Assembly (NCBI GenBank): GCA_963713725.1
Contig: CAVQMZ010000024.1
Span: 5,664-69,663, forward strand
Source of the DNA: an uncultured Bacteroidota bacterium
GTDB taxonomy: Bacteria > Bacteroidota > Bacteroidia > Bacteroidales > GCA-2748055
Direction of reading: 5' to 3'
DNA length: 64,000 nucleotides
Shown: positions 27,931 to 36,629 of the stretch, in pieces
How positions within the stretch are numbered: position 1 is the stretch's first letter
Layout: each line of letters opens with the position of its first letter
Notes under the pieces: model-generated
What the model was told of the DNA's origin: nothing
Seen by the model: the letters and a program-made list of their open reading frames with translations, nothing else
The model's database searches: none
Made by a program: the position numbers and the translations under genes

Positions 27931-30347
27931 TTAAAACTCCTCGCCACCGCCTCCATCTGATCCGCTGCCCCGATTGCTCTGCTTGAAATTGTTCAGGCGG
28001 TAGCTGAGCTGTAAGTGAAATAATGGGTGCCCGGGTGGATCTGCTGTAATAATTGTAGAAGTCAACATCCTGTGTAATGGATACACGCGTCCACGGTGGA
28101 AAAAACATCGCGAACCTGCAGAACCAGGGATAAGCTCTTATCCAGGAAATCGCTGCGTACAGCAGCATTAAATGCGTAGTAACCTTTATCCTCACCCTGT
28201 GTGGTAACCGTGGCACTGTTGTAATTGCCATCAAACTGGATCCGGATCCTTTTGGCTATGTTAAATGTATTGTTCACCCTCGTCCCCCAGTTAAATGATT
28301 GATATAGAAGATCCGTTGATCTCACTATCGATACGATAGTCATACATGTCGCCCATCAGATTGAGCTCCCACCATGGAAACAGTGATATATTGTACAGGG
28401 CTTCCAGGCCAAGGGAGTAATCGGTACCCACATTGGTATAGGTTTGTAAAAGAATCCCTTCCTGCATAAACTTCCCGGGTTCGTTCCACTTTGTTGTGTT
28501 TGATCCTGTAATAGGCTTCCAGTGACAACTGTGACTTCTCACGTGAATGAATGAAGCCCATTTCCATGGCATCGATATACTCTGGTTGCAGGGCAGGATT
28601 TCCCTGTCGAACATTGTACATATCGGTCCAGGTAATAAAAGGCTCAAGGTAATATCCCCTGGGCCTGTCGATGCGGCGTGAATAGGAGGCCATGAGCTGG
28701 TTTTCCCCGGGTAACTGGTAGGAGAGGTGGAGGGTAGGGAAGAAGTCATATCGTTCCAGGGTATAGTCTTCAACACTCTCATCTGCAGTAATAGCTCTGT
28801 TGGTATATTCGCCCCTCAGGCCTGCCTGGTATCCCAGATTTCCATTTTCTCCTTTGAAGATTCCATACAGGGCATAGATATTCCTGGTATATATAGTGTT
28901 ATTGCTCTTGTCTGGCTGAAGAATATAATCCTGCACATCCGGGTCGAAGATATACAAAGCAGTTGCATCCTCACTTGTTCCGCTTCTCAGCTGAAAACCA
29001 GCTTCCAGGCCATGTTATCACCAATGGGTTTGGAATAATCCAGCTTTGACTTCCAACTGATTTGAGGGTCCTTTTTCGGTAGTTCTTGTACCCTGGTTCA
29101 CCGATCCATTCTCATCCTGAAGCAAGTTCTCGAGAGAACTCGTCTCCCTTTCGAAGCCTTTGGTTGAACTGCAGCATCAGCTCATGACCCTTTTGCTAGA
29201 AATGAATGTTGAAAACTACCTGTCAGGTTGTAATAAAGTGCACCCCGACCGGATTCGTTCAGGCTGATTTCGCGTGTTTCGAAATCGAAAGGATCACGGT
29301 AGGTCAGGTAGTCGAGTTGGGAAGTTGCTCAGGCCCTTATACTCCCCGGCCCGGATTCCAATGGAAAAATTGTTCCTGGGTGAAATATCCCAATCCAATC
29401 CCATCCGCAATCCACCTCCACCATGCAGGCTTTCAGAATCACCCGCCGCTTCAATGATGGTAGTGGTATCTCCCTGGGTGGTCCGCCGTTCACTGGAGGT
29501 CTCTCCGGGATAAGGACTGTTCCTGTAATCCCCTCCAAAATAGATATTTGCATTACCTTTTCTGTAATTCAGCAGGAAATCTCCCCCGTATTCCCCGAAA
29601 GTATTGGTTTTGAGGTTGAACAGACCCTGGAGGCCCATGCATGCGGTTTTTCTTTGTAATGATATTGATGATCCCACCCGTACCATCTGGCTGGTACCTG
29701 GAAGAGGGATTGGTGATGATCTCGATATTTTCAATGGTGGAGGCCGGGGTTTGCCGCAATACATCACTGGGATCCAGCACCGTGGGTTTTCCATCAATGA
29801 GGACCGTAAAGCCTGTACTTCCGCGAAGTGATACATTGCCTTCCACATCCACACGGATGGATGGTACATTTTCAAGTACTTCCACAGCACTCAGTGAGGC
29901 AGCAGTCATCTGCTCACCCACAGAAATAACTTTTTTATCGATTTGAAACTCAACTGCGTTTCGTTCATTGGTAATCACCACTTCCTCAAGAATCTGGGAA
30001 CTGGTCTCCAGGAAAATCGTTCCGATATCCAGGCGTCGATTGCTGCGATCGATCACCAGATCACTGTAGTGCAATTCATCATAACCCATGAAACTCACCT
30101 GTATATAATAGTTGCCCTCGGCAATCTTGGTGGCATTGAAATTGCCATTCCGGATCTGTGATGGTGCCGGTTACAAGTGTGCTGTCATCCGCATTGAATA
30201 ATGCGATGGTTGCGAATTCAATGGGTTGTTTCGGATTCCTGGTCATAAACCATACCCCGTACCTGTCCTCCTTCATCAATATCATCAGCATGTAGTATTC
30301 ACCGCAATAAACAGGCTGAACATCATTCCAATAAATATCTTTTTCAT
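27931..30347 (-). pseudogene. TonB-dependent receptor (CarboxypepD_reg + plug + barrel) broken by many frameshifts
   Basis: At least eight overlapping minus-strand ORF fragments tile one receptor. Manual translation gives the N-terminus MKKIFIGMMFSLFIAVNTT from ATG 30347, a plug (NVSLRGSTGFTVLIDGKPT, IENIEIITNPSSRY) and the C-terminus LSYRLNNFKQSNRGSGSDGGGGEEF with its stop at 27931-27933. Confidence 0.8.
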
Positions 30348-30668
30348 AGCTATCATTCCTCATAATATCATCTTCACCATTTCTCCTGGTCCTGATTGAT
30401 AGTTATAATTAGACTATTAACACCTGCTAAAGTTTAATTGTTCTAAATAAAAATAAAATTGTTTTAACTAAATCACTGCAATTCTGACTTTTATGGGCGA
30501 CTGCTATTAATATTTAGATTTTAATAGGGGAGAAGTAATGCATATTTCAGATAATTAAAGAATATCCTCAATTTGTGAATACTGTTTGGTTTAGCCCTAA
30601 CTTATATCTATATTGCTACTAATTAAGTCGATAGAGGATATTATTTAACTTCGAAATACCGCATTATT

Positions 30669-31196
30669 ATGAGCAAGACCGCATTATTTTACAGCCCGGA
30701 AGGCGGAAACGTAGATAGCGTAGCCAAAAAGCTTGGAGAACTGATTGGAAATGAAAAAGTTGATATAATTCCTGTAAAAAAAGTTAAACAGGGAGATTTA
30801 GATAAATACAATAAGATCATCCTTATAGGTTCTACTGTAGGAGCAGATCATTGGGATAACGAAATTATTGTAGATGAGTGGGCTGAGTTTTTTATGAAGA
30901 TTAAGGATAATAGTTTTGAGAATAAAAAGGTAGCTATTGTCGGACTTGGAAACAGTGTTTTATATCCTGAACACTTCGCGGACGGAATGGCTGTTCTTTA
31001 TGAAAGAATCAAAGAGCAAAATGGTGAGATATTGGGTAAGATTGAAGCGAAAGGTTATGATTTCACAGATTCGGAAGCTTTGGACGATAAAGGATTTTTC
31101 TGCGGATTAGCGATTGACGAAGACAATGAATATGATCTGACTGAAGACAGATTAAAAAACTGGATATCGATCTTAAAACCTGATTTTGAGTTTTAG
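30669..31196 (+). CDS. fldA: long-chain flavodoxin
   Basis: 175-aa ORF with an FMN-binding N-terminus (ALFYSPEGGNVDSVAKKL), VAIVGLGNSVLYPEHFADGM and a long-chain insert. The gene is markedly A+T-rich. Confidence 0.85.
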   Translation: MSKTALFYSPEGGNVDSVAKKLGELIGNEKVDIIPVKKVKQGDLDKYNKIILIGSTVGADHWDNEIIVDEWAEFFMKIKDNSFENKKVAIVGLGNSVLYPEHFADGMAVLYERIKEQNGEILGKIEAKGYDFTDSEALDDKGFFCGLAIDEDNEYDLTEDRLKNWISILKPDFEF

Positions 31197-31199
31197 GGC

Positions 31200-31480
31200 A
31201 GTTTGAGGATCTTCCTTGTAGTAATAAGATCCTTTGACCTGATGGTCTGGCTGTTCCAATCCACATAAAACCCTGGCTGTCCTTCAAAATAATTGTGGAG
31301 CATCTGACGACAATCCATCCTCTGTGGAGATATGTTCACTATGGTACCACTTGGGCCATGATTCAACTTGGGGAAAGGTTTTCGCGAGGGTCAGATTCAG
31401 ATTTTCCAGCCCTAAAGTATCTTTTACTCCATCAGAAGGGTGGTATCGAAATGTTCAATTTGCTGGTAGCGTGTTAGTCC
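31200..31480 (-). pseudogene. remnant of the N-terminal propeller region of a Y_Y_Y/hybrid sensor regulator gene (truncated, frameshifted)
   Basis: Minus-strand frames read ...HISTEDGLSSD... and KDSQGFMWIGT..., which are typical two-component-regulator-propeller repeats. The reading direction runs into the flavodoxin 3' end with no room for the rest of the gene. Confidence 0.55.
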
Positions 31481-31509
31481 GGTGTTAAAACTAACTTTGG
31501 AAGTTCTAA

Positions 31510-31757
31510 AAAAGCATGTGTCCAAATTGCTTTGGCCAACAGGTTAGGTATAAAAGTTACCCTATTGCCTCAATATTGTCAATGGTGGGTCGTCTCCTGG
31601 ATTTGCTGGACCCTTCTGCTGATATTTCAAGAGGGGAGAGGCTTTGCTTTTCCTGATGAGTGGAGGATACACTCTTTTTGCGTTGCAAAGCGATGAAAAA
31701 AGGGTGTTTCTAATATCACGCTGATATATAATCAATACACATAAACCTTAAGATCTA
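31510..31757 (+). repeat. repeat copy A: degenerate 3' half-site, conserved multi-hairpin module (31526-31707) and a 50-nt extension shared with copy B
   Basis: Hand alignment to copies B-E finds ATTGCTTTGG...TTTCAAGAGGGGAGAGGCTTTGCTTTTCC...GGATACACTCTTTTTGCG...AAAAGGGTGT, followed by TTCTAATATCACGCTGATA...CCTTAAGATCTA. Confidence 0.75.
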
Positions 31758-31825
31758 GTCTAAAAGGTTCTTATCAGCGGTACTGTTACCATATTGGTAA
31801 CTTTTTTTATATTTGAGGAAATTTT

Positions 31826-32119
31826 ATGCGAATTATTGCAAAAAGAATCATAAGGGAATTCTGGGAGAAGTATCCTGATGCCGAAGAAGCATTGCGAACC
31901 TGGTACCGTGAATCATCCAGGGGAAAATGGCATGATCCGAATCATTTGAAAACTCATTTCGGTCATGCCAGAATAATAGGTGCTAACAGAGTGATATTTA
32001 ACATCTGTGGCAACAAATACCGGCTTATAACCGAGATTAACTACACGAGGGGGTGGGTTTTCATTCGTTTTATAGGAACCCATTCTGCATATAATAAGAT
32101 TGACCCAAAGAAAATATAA
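31826..32119 (+). CDS. higB: type II toxin HigB-family mRNA interferase
   Basis: 97-aa ORF MRIIAKRIIREFWEKYPDAEEALRTWY...NRVIFNICGNKYRLITEINYTRGWVFIRFIGTHSAYNKID, a strong family-typical sequence. Confidence 0.9.
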   Translation: MRIIAKRIIREFWEKYPDAEEALRTWYRESSRGKWHDPNHLKTHFGHARIIGANRVIFNICGNKYRLITEINYTRGWVFIRFIGTHSAYNKIDPKKI

Positions 32120-32124
32120 TTGAT

Positions 32125-32484
32125 ATGTACCAGGTAAAACCAATTAAATCGGAAGAGGATTATGACAATGCGCTTAAGCGTATGAAAGAGATATTTCACG
32201 CAGAAGAAGATACAGAGGAAGGGGACGAGGCCGAAATACTCATGTTGATTATCGAAGATTATGAGGAGAAGTATCATCCCATTGGTAATCCTGATCCCAT
32301 AGAAGCCATTAAGTTCATGATGGAGCAAAAGGATCTGAAACAAAAAGATCTCGCAGAAATCCTTGGGTATAGGAGCCGTGTCTCAGAAATCCTATCCGGG
32401 AAAAGGAAGCTGAATCTGGAAATGATTCGCAGACTTCATGAAAAATTGAATATCTCCTATGAAACACTTATGGGCAGGTATTAA
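32125..32484 (+). CDS. higA: HigA-family antitoxin (XRE-type HTH)
   Basis: 119-aa ORF starting 5 nt after higB. It contains IKSEEDYDNALKRMKEIF...PDPIEAIKFMMEQKDLKQKDLAEILGYRSRVSEILSGKRKLNLEMIRRLHEKL. Confidence 0.9.
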   Translation: MYQVKPIKSEEDYDNALKRMKEIFHAEEDTEEGDEAEILMLIIEDYEEKYHPIGNPDPIEAIKFMMEQKDLKQKDLAEILGYRSRVSEILSGKRKLNLEMIRRLHEKLNISYETLMGRY

Positions 32485-32507
32485 TAGCATACTGAACGGG
32501 AATATGA

Positions 32508-32872
32508 CGCAATTCCTGTCAACATAGGACAAACAGCCAGTGGCTGTTTGGGCCAGGCTGTGGGTGGCTACCGATATAGGGAAAGGAAAAGCCCTCTATC
32601 TGATTTTATGTGAATCAGCGCAGCTGAAAGGGATTTGCTTCTTTTGCACTAGAATGTACTTGCATTAAGTTAATATAGCTTTGGGAACCAAAGTGATAAA
32701 TGCAATTTTCTGTAGGTCTTGTACCATTTGTTGAATTTTGAAGAGGGGAGAGGCTTAGATTTTTCTGGATGGATGGTGGATACACTCTTTTTGCGATGCG
32801 GAGAAACGTGAAAAGGGTGTTTACTGATACGCTGATAAACAATCCTTTATCACATCAACCTTTAAGATTCTA
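32508..32872 (+). repeat. repeat copy B: branched hairpin (32521-32612), type-1 3' half-site, multi-hairpin module, shared extension
   Basis: It starts 24 nt after the higA stop. It contains AACATAGG, two internal hairpins, TTTTATGTG, then GCACTAGAATGTACTTGCATTAAGTT and the module ending GGGTGT at 32820. The extension runs to about 32872. Confidence 0.8.
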
Positions 32873-32912
32873 TGGCGAACTTATAAAGCTATCAACAATT
32901 ATCCATATCACT

Positions 32913-33525
32913 ATGAGTGAGGAAAACAATCTAACATTATCAGATGAAGTCGTAATGGACAAAATCCATTTGTTTAGAGGTGTTAAAGTAATGCTAGACA
33001 GAGATTTGGCCGAACTCTACGGTGTGACTACAGGTAATCTGAATAAAGCTGTAAGTAGAAACATAGCTCGGTTTCCTGATGACTTTATGTTTCAACTTAC
33101 CAAAAAGGAGTTCGATAACTTGATATTCCAAATTGGAATATCAAGTTGGGGTGGTCTTCGTAAACTTCCACGAGCCTTTTCCGAGCAGGGAGTTGCCATG
33201 CTTTCAGGAATTCTACACAGCGAAAGGGCCATCAAGGTTAACATCCATATTATGCGAGTATTTTCTCGGATGCGTGAAATGCTTGAAGCCCACAAAGAGA
33301 TCCTATATAAAACTTGAATCCCTAGAAAGAAAAGACTTTGAACAGGATGATAAAATCATGATAATCCTGGAATACATAAAGCGACTTGAAAAAACCCAGT
33401 TTAATGGAGGTCGCAATTTACGTCCTCCAATAATCCGCATCTTACAGGGAAAAGCATTTGCGGGATGGCTTGAGATGCAATTTAATATAATACTCTTGAG
33501 AAGGTCGCAAATCCCTTCAACATAG
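32913..33525 (+). CDS. ORF6N (KilA-N-like) DNA-binding domain protein; frameshift at the A4 run 33309-33312; 3' end uncertain
   Basis: From ATG 32913 the sequence reads MSEENN...IHLFRGVKVMLDRDLAELYGVTTGNLNKAVSRNIARFPDDFMFQLTKKEF...WGGLRKLPRAFSEQGVAMLSGILHSERAIKVNIHIMRVF. The C-terminal coiled part (KLESLERKDFEQDDKI...) continues in the frame of ORF 33133..33525. Confidence 0.75.
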
Positions 33526-33818
33526 GACAAACAGCCAGTGGCTGTTTGGGCCAGGATGTGGGCGGGTACCGATATAGGGGCAGGAAATGCCCTATATCTG
33601 ATTTTATGTTAATCAGCGCAGCTGAACGGGATTTGCTTCTTTTGCACTAGAATGTACTTGCATTATGTTAAGATTGCTTTGGTAACCAATGCTATACATC
33701 CGACTTTTCTGGTAGAATCCCAAATCAAATATTTAATTTCGAGAGGGGAGAGGCTTTGGCTTTTCCGGATGATAGATGGATACACTCTTTTTGCGAAACG
33801 AAGCAGCGGAAAGGGTGT
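33506..33818 (+). repeat. repeat copy C: outer stem, branched hairpin (33519-33610), type-1 3' half-site, multi-hairpin module
   Basis: The sequence runs CGCAAATCCCTTCAACATAGG...TTTTATGTTAATCAGCGCAGCTGAACGGGATTTGC, then GCACTAGAATGTACTTGCATTATGTT, then the module ending GGGTGT at 33818. Confidence 0.85.
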
Positions 33819-33840
33819 AAAGTCGGTAAACTGTTCAAGA

Positions 33841-34159
33841 TTACACTATTGGAATCCCTTCTTTTTTTACGATCTGAAGCAGGGGTGAAACTTCATCATT
33901 GTCGAATCGGGAAAGACCAACAGCAAAAGGTTCAATTCGGCGGTCAACTTTGCGGGTTAATTTCCAGATCAGTCCATAAGCAAGATCATCAGAACTGTCA
34001 TCAAACCTCCTGGAAACCAGCATTACATCAATATCACTTCCTTCAGTTCCTCATTCCGGCTGCACTTCCAAAAAGAAAGGCCTTCTCGATCTGTAAACCA
34101 GAATCGTTCAGAATCCTAACATATTCTGAGACTTTGCTTATAGTTTCCTTTCGATCCAT
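33841..34159 (-). CDS. nucleotidyltransferase (MNT-like) partner of the HEPN protein; one frameshift near 34040-34062
   Basis: Manual translation gives MDRKETISKVSEYVRILNDSGLQIEKAFLFGSAAG and then a frame break. It continues as ..EGSDIDVMLVSRRFDD... in ORF 33841..34023. This is the GSxxxG...DxD NTase signature. Confidence 0.7.
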
Positions 34160-34518
34160 ATCAACATCTCCTTTGTTTTATTCAGATACTCAACGACTTT
34201 ATCTTTTGTAGGTATTACAGGATTGTAATCGGGATACCGACCTTCCAACTGATATTTCATCAGAATCCCAAGGAAATCCTCATAAATCTCTTCAAACTCA
34301 ATATTGGAAAGATCCAGTAGATATATCAGGTTGTGTGTTTTGGGAGGAATTTGTCCTGTATCTTTTACCACAAGTGCCTTAAGGGCTTTCTCAATTGTTA
34401 AATGGCAAAAGAAAAGACCATGAATACTCCTTGATTCCCTGATTAACAGCTCAGCAGTATCCAGATCGGATTTTGCAGAAGTGATCCAATATTCTATTTG
34501 CTTTTCAATATTAAGCAC
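34138..34518 (-). CDS. HEPN domain protein
   Basis: 126-aa ORF; EYWITSAKSDLDTAELL...HGLFFCHLTIEKALKALVV...PKTHNLIYLL is typical of the HEPN (PF05168-like) family. It overlaps the downstream NTase start by 22 nt. Confidence 0.75.
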   Translation of the reverse strand: MLNIEKQIEYWITSAKSDLDTAELLIRESRSIHGLFFCHLTIEKALKALVVKDTGQIPPKTHNLIYLLDLSNIEFEEIYEDFLGILMKYQLEGRYPDYNPVIPTKDKVVEYLNKTKEMLIWIERKL

Positions 34519-34579
34519 ACCAGTAGTTTTACTAAAAGTACATATTTTTCCAGAAAAGCCTTTGCACAGAAGACAACAA

Positions 34580-34640
34580 AAGCGGAGCGAAGGCTGGAGA
34601 AGGCTTTTGAGCGCAGGCTGTGGGGCAATTTAACATAATA
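34580..34640 (+). repeat. repeat half-site G: conserved 40-nt leader plus ATTTAACATAA, with no 3' partner
   Basis: AGGCTTTTGAGCGCAGGCTGTGGGGCAATTTAACATAAT aligns with the 5' sides of copies E (35981-36019) and F (36980-37019). The hairpin is replaced by an ORF fragment directly after AACATAA. Confidence 0.75.
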
Positions 34641-34986
34641 CTTTTTCAATAATGATATTTATGTAGGTACTGATGTGGGGGTATATTCTAAATCTATAAA
34701 TGACAATGCCTGGCAAGAGGAAACGGATTTTCCGAAAGTCCTAGTTTCAGATTTATTATTAAATAAATCTAGTGGGGATTTGGTGGCTGGCACATACGGG
34801 AGGGGTGTTTGGAGGAAAAACCTAGGTGCTGGGGATTGTGTTGATTTTACGGATTTAACCATCGATTCTTATCTTGACTGGAATGGTAGTCCTGTATGTT
34901 TTAATATAACTGTGGCTTCTGGTGGAACGTTAAATATTACAGGGAGTGTAGATATGGCTAATAGAGCGCAAATCCTTTCAACATAA
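34639..34986 (+). pseudogene. internal fragment of a beta-propeller/BNR-like secreted protein gene, bounded on both sides by repeat elements
   Basis: The open frame begins at 34639, immediately after the repeat half-site: YFFNNDIYVGTDVGVYSKSINDNAWQEE...LVAGTYGRGVWRKNL... There is no start context or signal peptide. The frame ends inside the left arm of repeat D. Confidence 0.6.
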
Positions 34987-35243
34987 AATCGGTATCGATA
35001 TAGGGTCGCTACACGCCCTATATTGATTTTATGTTAATCAGCGGAGCTGAACGGGATTTGCTTCTTTTGCACTAGAATGTACTTGCATTATGTTGATATT
35101 GCTTTGGTAACCAAAGCGATACATACAATTTTCAGTAGGCCTTGTACCATGTATTGAAATTTCAAGAGGGGAGAGGCATTTGCTTTTCCGGATAGTTGAT
35201 GGATACACTCTTTTTGCGGAACAGAGTGGAGTGAAAAGGGTGT
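34967..35243 (+). repeat. repeat copy D: outer stem (34968-34975 / 35054-35061), clean 56-nt hairpin (34980-35035), type-1 3' half-site, multi-hairpin module (35098-35243)
   Basis: AACATAAAATC pairs with GATTTTATGTT in 11-bp arms, with an inner ATATAGGG/CCCTATAT stem. The module hairpins are listed in the findings. Confidence 0.85.
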
Positions 35244-35258
35244 ACAAATAGGAACTAC

Positions 35259-35591
35259 TTATTTTAGTAATTCTGCAACCTCTTTTCGTAATAAGGGCAG
35301 AGATCGTTTGATAATCAACCACAAGATATCTGGGGTTATGCTGTCATAGCCATGAATTATCCTGTTTCTTGTATCAACTATCTTTCGTGAATCAGAGATA
35401 GCAATATCAGGAGAAACTTTTAATATTCTATTCAAAGCCTCACCAATGATCTCTATGTTCCTTTCAATTGCCTTTTGTGTTTTAAGGTCCTTCTCAAACT
35501 CGAAGTAATCAATATCCGCTGGCAAGAAATCGTAAATCTGCTTAATAGATATCCGAATATCTTCAAGCCAAGTATTGATCTCATGCTTCAT
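35259..35591 (-). CDS. hepT: DUF86/HepT-type HEPN toxin
   Basis: 110-aa ORF with the Rx4H motif in DTRNRIIHGY and IERNIEIIGEA, typical of DUF86. It overlaps the upstream NTase gene by 11 nt. Confidence 0.85.
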   Translation of the reverse strand: MKHEINTWLEDIRISIKQIYDFLPADIDYFEFEKDLKTQKAIERNIEIIGEALNRILKVSPDIAISDSRKIVDTRNRIIHGYDSITPDILWLIIKRSLPLLRKEVAELLK

Positions 35592-35880
35592 ACAAAAGCT
35601 TTTTCGACTTATTGATGCTAATGGTAAGATATTTATTTCTGAGCGCCTTTTGTTCGAGTAGGTCTATCTGACGATTCAGCAAATCCTCTAGTGCAAATTT
35701 CAACCCAAAATAATTCTCAGCATATTCTATTGGGTCCAAGGTATTAAAATCCACCACTAAATCTACATCGCTATCCTTTGTGAACTCAGTATTTAGAACG
35801 GAACCAAAAGCAAATAGCTGTCTGACCTTGTGATTTTCACAAAGCTTATTTATTTCACCTATGTAAGAATCCAGATACAT
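35581..35880 (-). CDS. mntA: MntA-type nucleotidyltransferase antitoxin
   Basis: 99-aa ORF containing LFAFGSVLNTEFTKDSDVDLVVDF (GSx10-DxD). Confidence 0.85.
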   Translation of the reverse strand: MYLDSYIGEINKLCENHKVRQLFAFGSVLNTEFTKDSDVDLVVDFNTLDPIEYAENYFGLKFALEDLLNRQIDLLEQKALRNKYLTISINKSKKLLYEA

Positions 35881-35961
35881 AACTTATGTACAAAAATAGA
35901 AAATCCGACATAACTAGTGTAACCTAAACAAGAAAAGACTGTGCGCAGGATATGTTGAGAC

Positions 35962-36253
35962 TAAAGCGAGGTAGCGGGAAGGCTTTTGAGCCCAGGCTGA
36001 GGGGCTATTCAACATAATGTCAAATTCTAGTGTCAGAGCAGCAACCAGGCAACATAGCAAAGATAGCCGCAGCTGCACTAGAATGTACTTGCATTATGTT
36101 GATATAGCTTTGAGATCTATAACATATTACATGCCTAATCTGAATAATTTCCTGAAACAGTCAATGCAATTTCGAGAGGGGAGAGGCTTTTGCTTTTCTG
36201 GATGATTGGTTAGTACACTCTTTTTGCGGAATGTAATGAAGCGAAAAGGGTGT
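35962..36253 (+). repeat. repeat copy E: 40-nt leader, type-1 hairpin (36007-36104), multi-hairpin module ending 36253
   Basis: The hairpin is ATTCAACATAATG TCAA ATTCTAGTG ... CACTAGAAT GTACTTG CATTATGTTGATA, with two perfect 9-bp stems. The module then follows. Confidence 0.85.
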
Positions 36254-36281
36254 CAAAGGCATTGACCTCTGACTCGAGCTT

Positions 36282-36629
36282 CTATAGTGAATCTATAATT
36301 GACTGGATTTGCAATCTGTTTTCCGGAAGATGATTGATACAAACATCCCATATGATTTCATAGTCAATCCCAAAATACTCGTGGCTTACCTTATTTCTAA
36401 GCAGATACATTTCAGCCCAAGGAATGTCTGGATTATTTTCTTTAATATGACTGGGCAGATTTTTTGAAGCTTCTCCGATAATTTCAAAATTCCGGATTAC
36501 TGCATCTACTGTCTTATAATCCTTTTTGAACTGGTCAAAAGTGTATCCTTCAAGATATTCAGCGATTCTACTCATTGCAACAAGAAGATCTTGTAAATAC
36601 ATCGTATAATTGCGCTCCTCCTTTTTCAC
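36282..36629 (-). CDS. hepT: DUF86/HepT-type HEPN toxin (second, divergent copy)
   Basis: 115-aa ORF with the Rx4H motif in LLRNKVSHEY and AVIRNFEIIGEA. Confidence 0.85.
   Translation of the reverse strand: MKKEERNYTMYLQDLLVAMSRIAEYLEGYTFDQFKKDYKTVDAVIRNFEIIGEASKNLPSHIKENNPDIPWAEMYLLRNKVSHEYFGIDYEIIWDVCINHLPENRLQIQSIIDSL

Noticed and set aside
32615-32842. Minus-strand ORFs 32615..32842 and 35038..35322 encode similar peptides (..GTRPTENC.Y.FG.QS.IN.MQVHSSAKEANP.QLR)
   Set aside because: The similarity exists only because both ORFs read through copies of the same DNA repeat. The sequences lack start context and a recognisable protein fold, and copy C breaks the frame.
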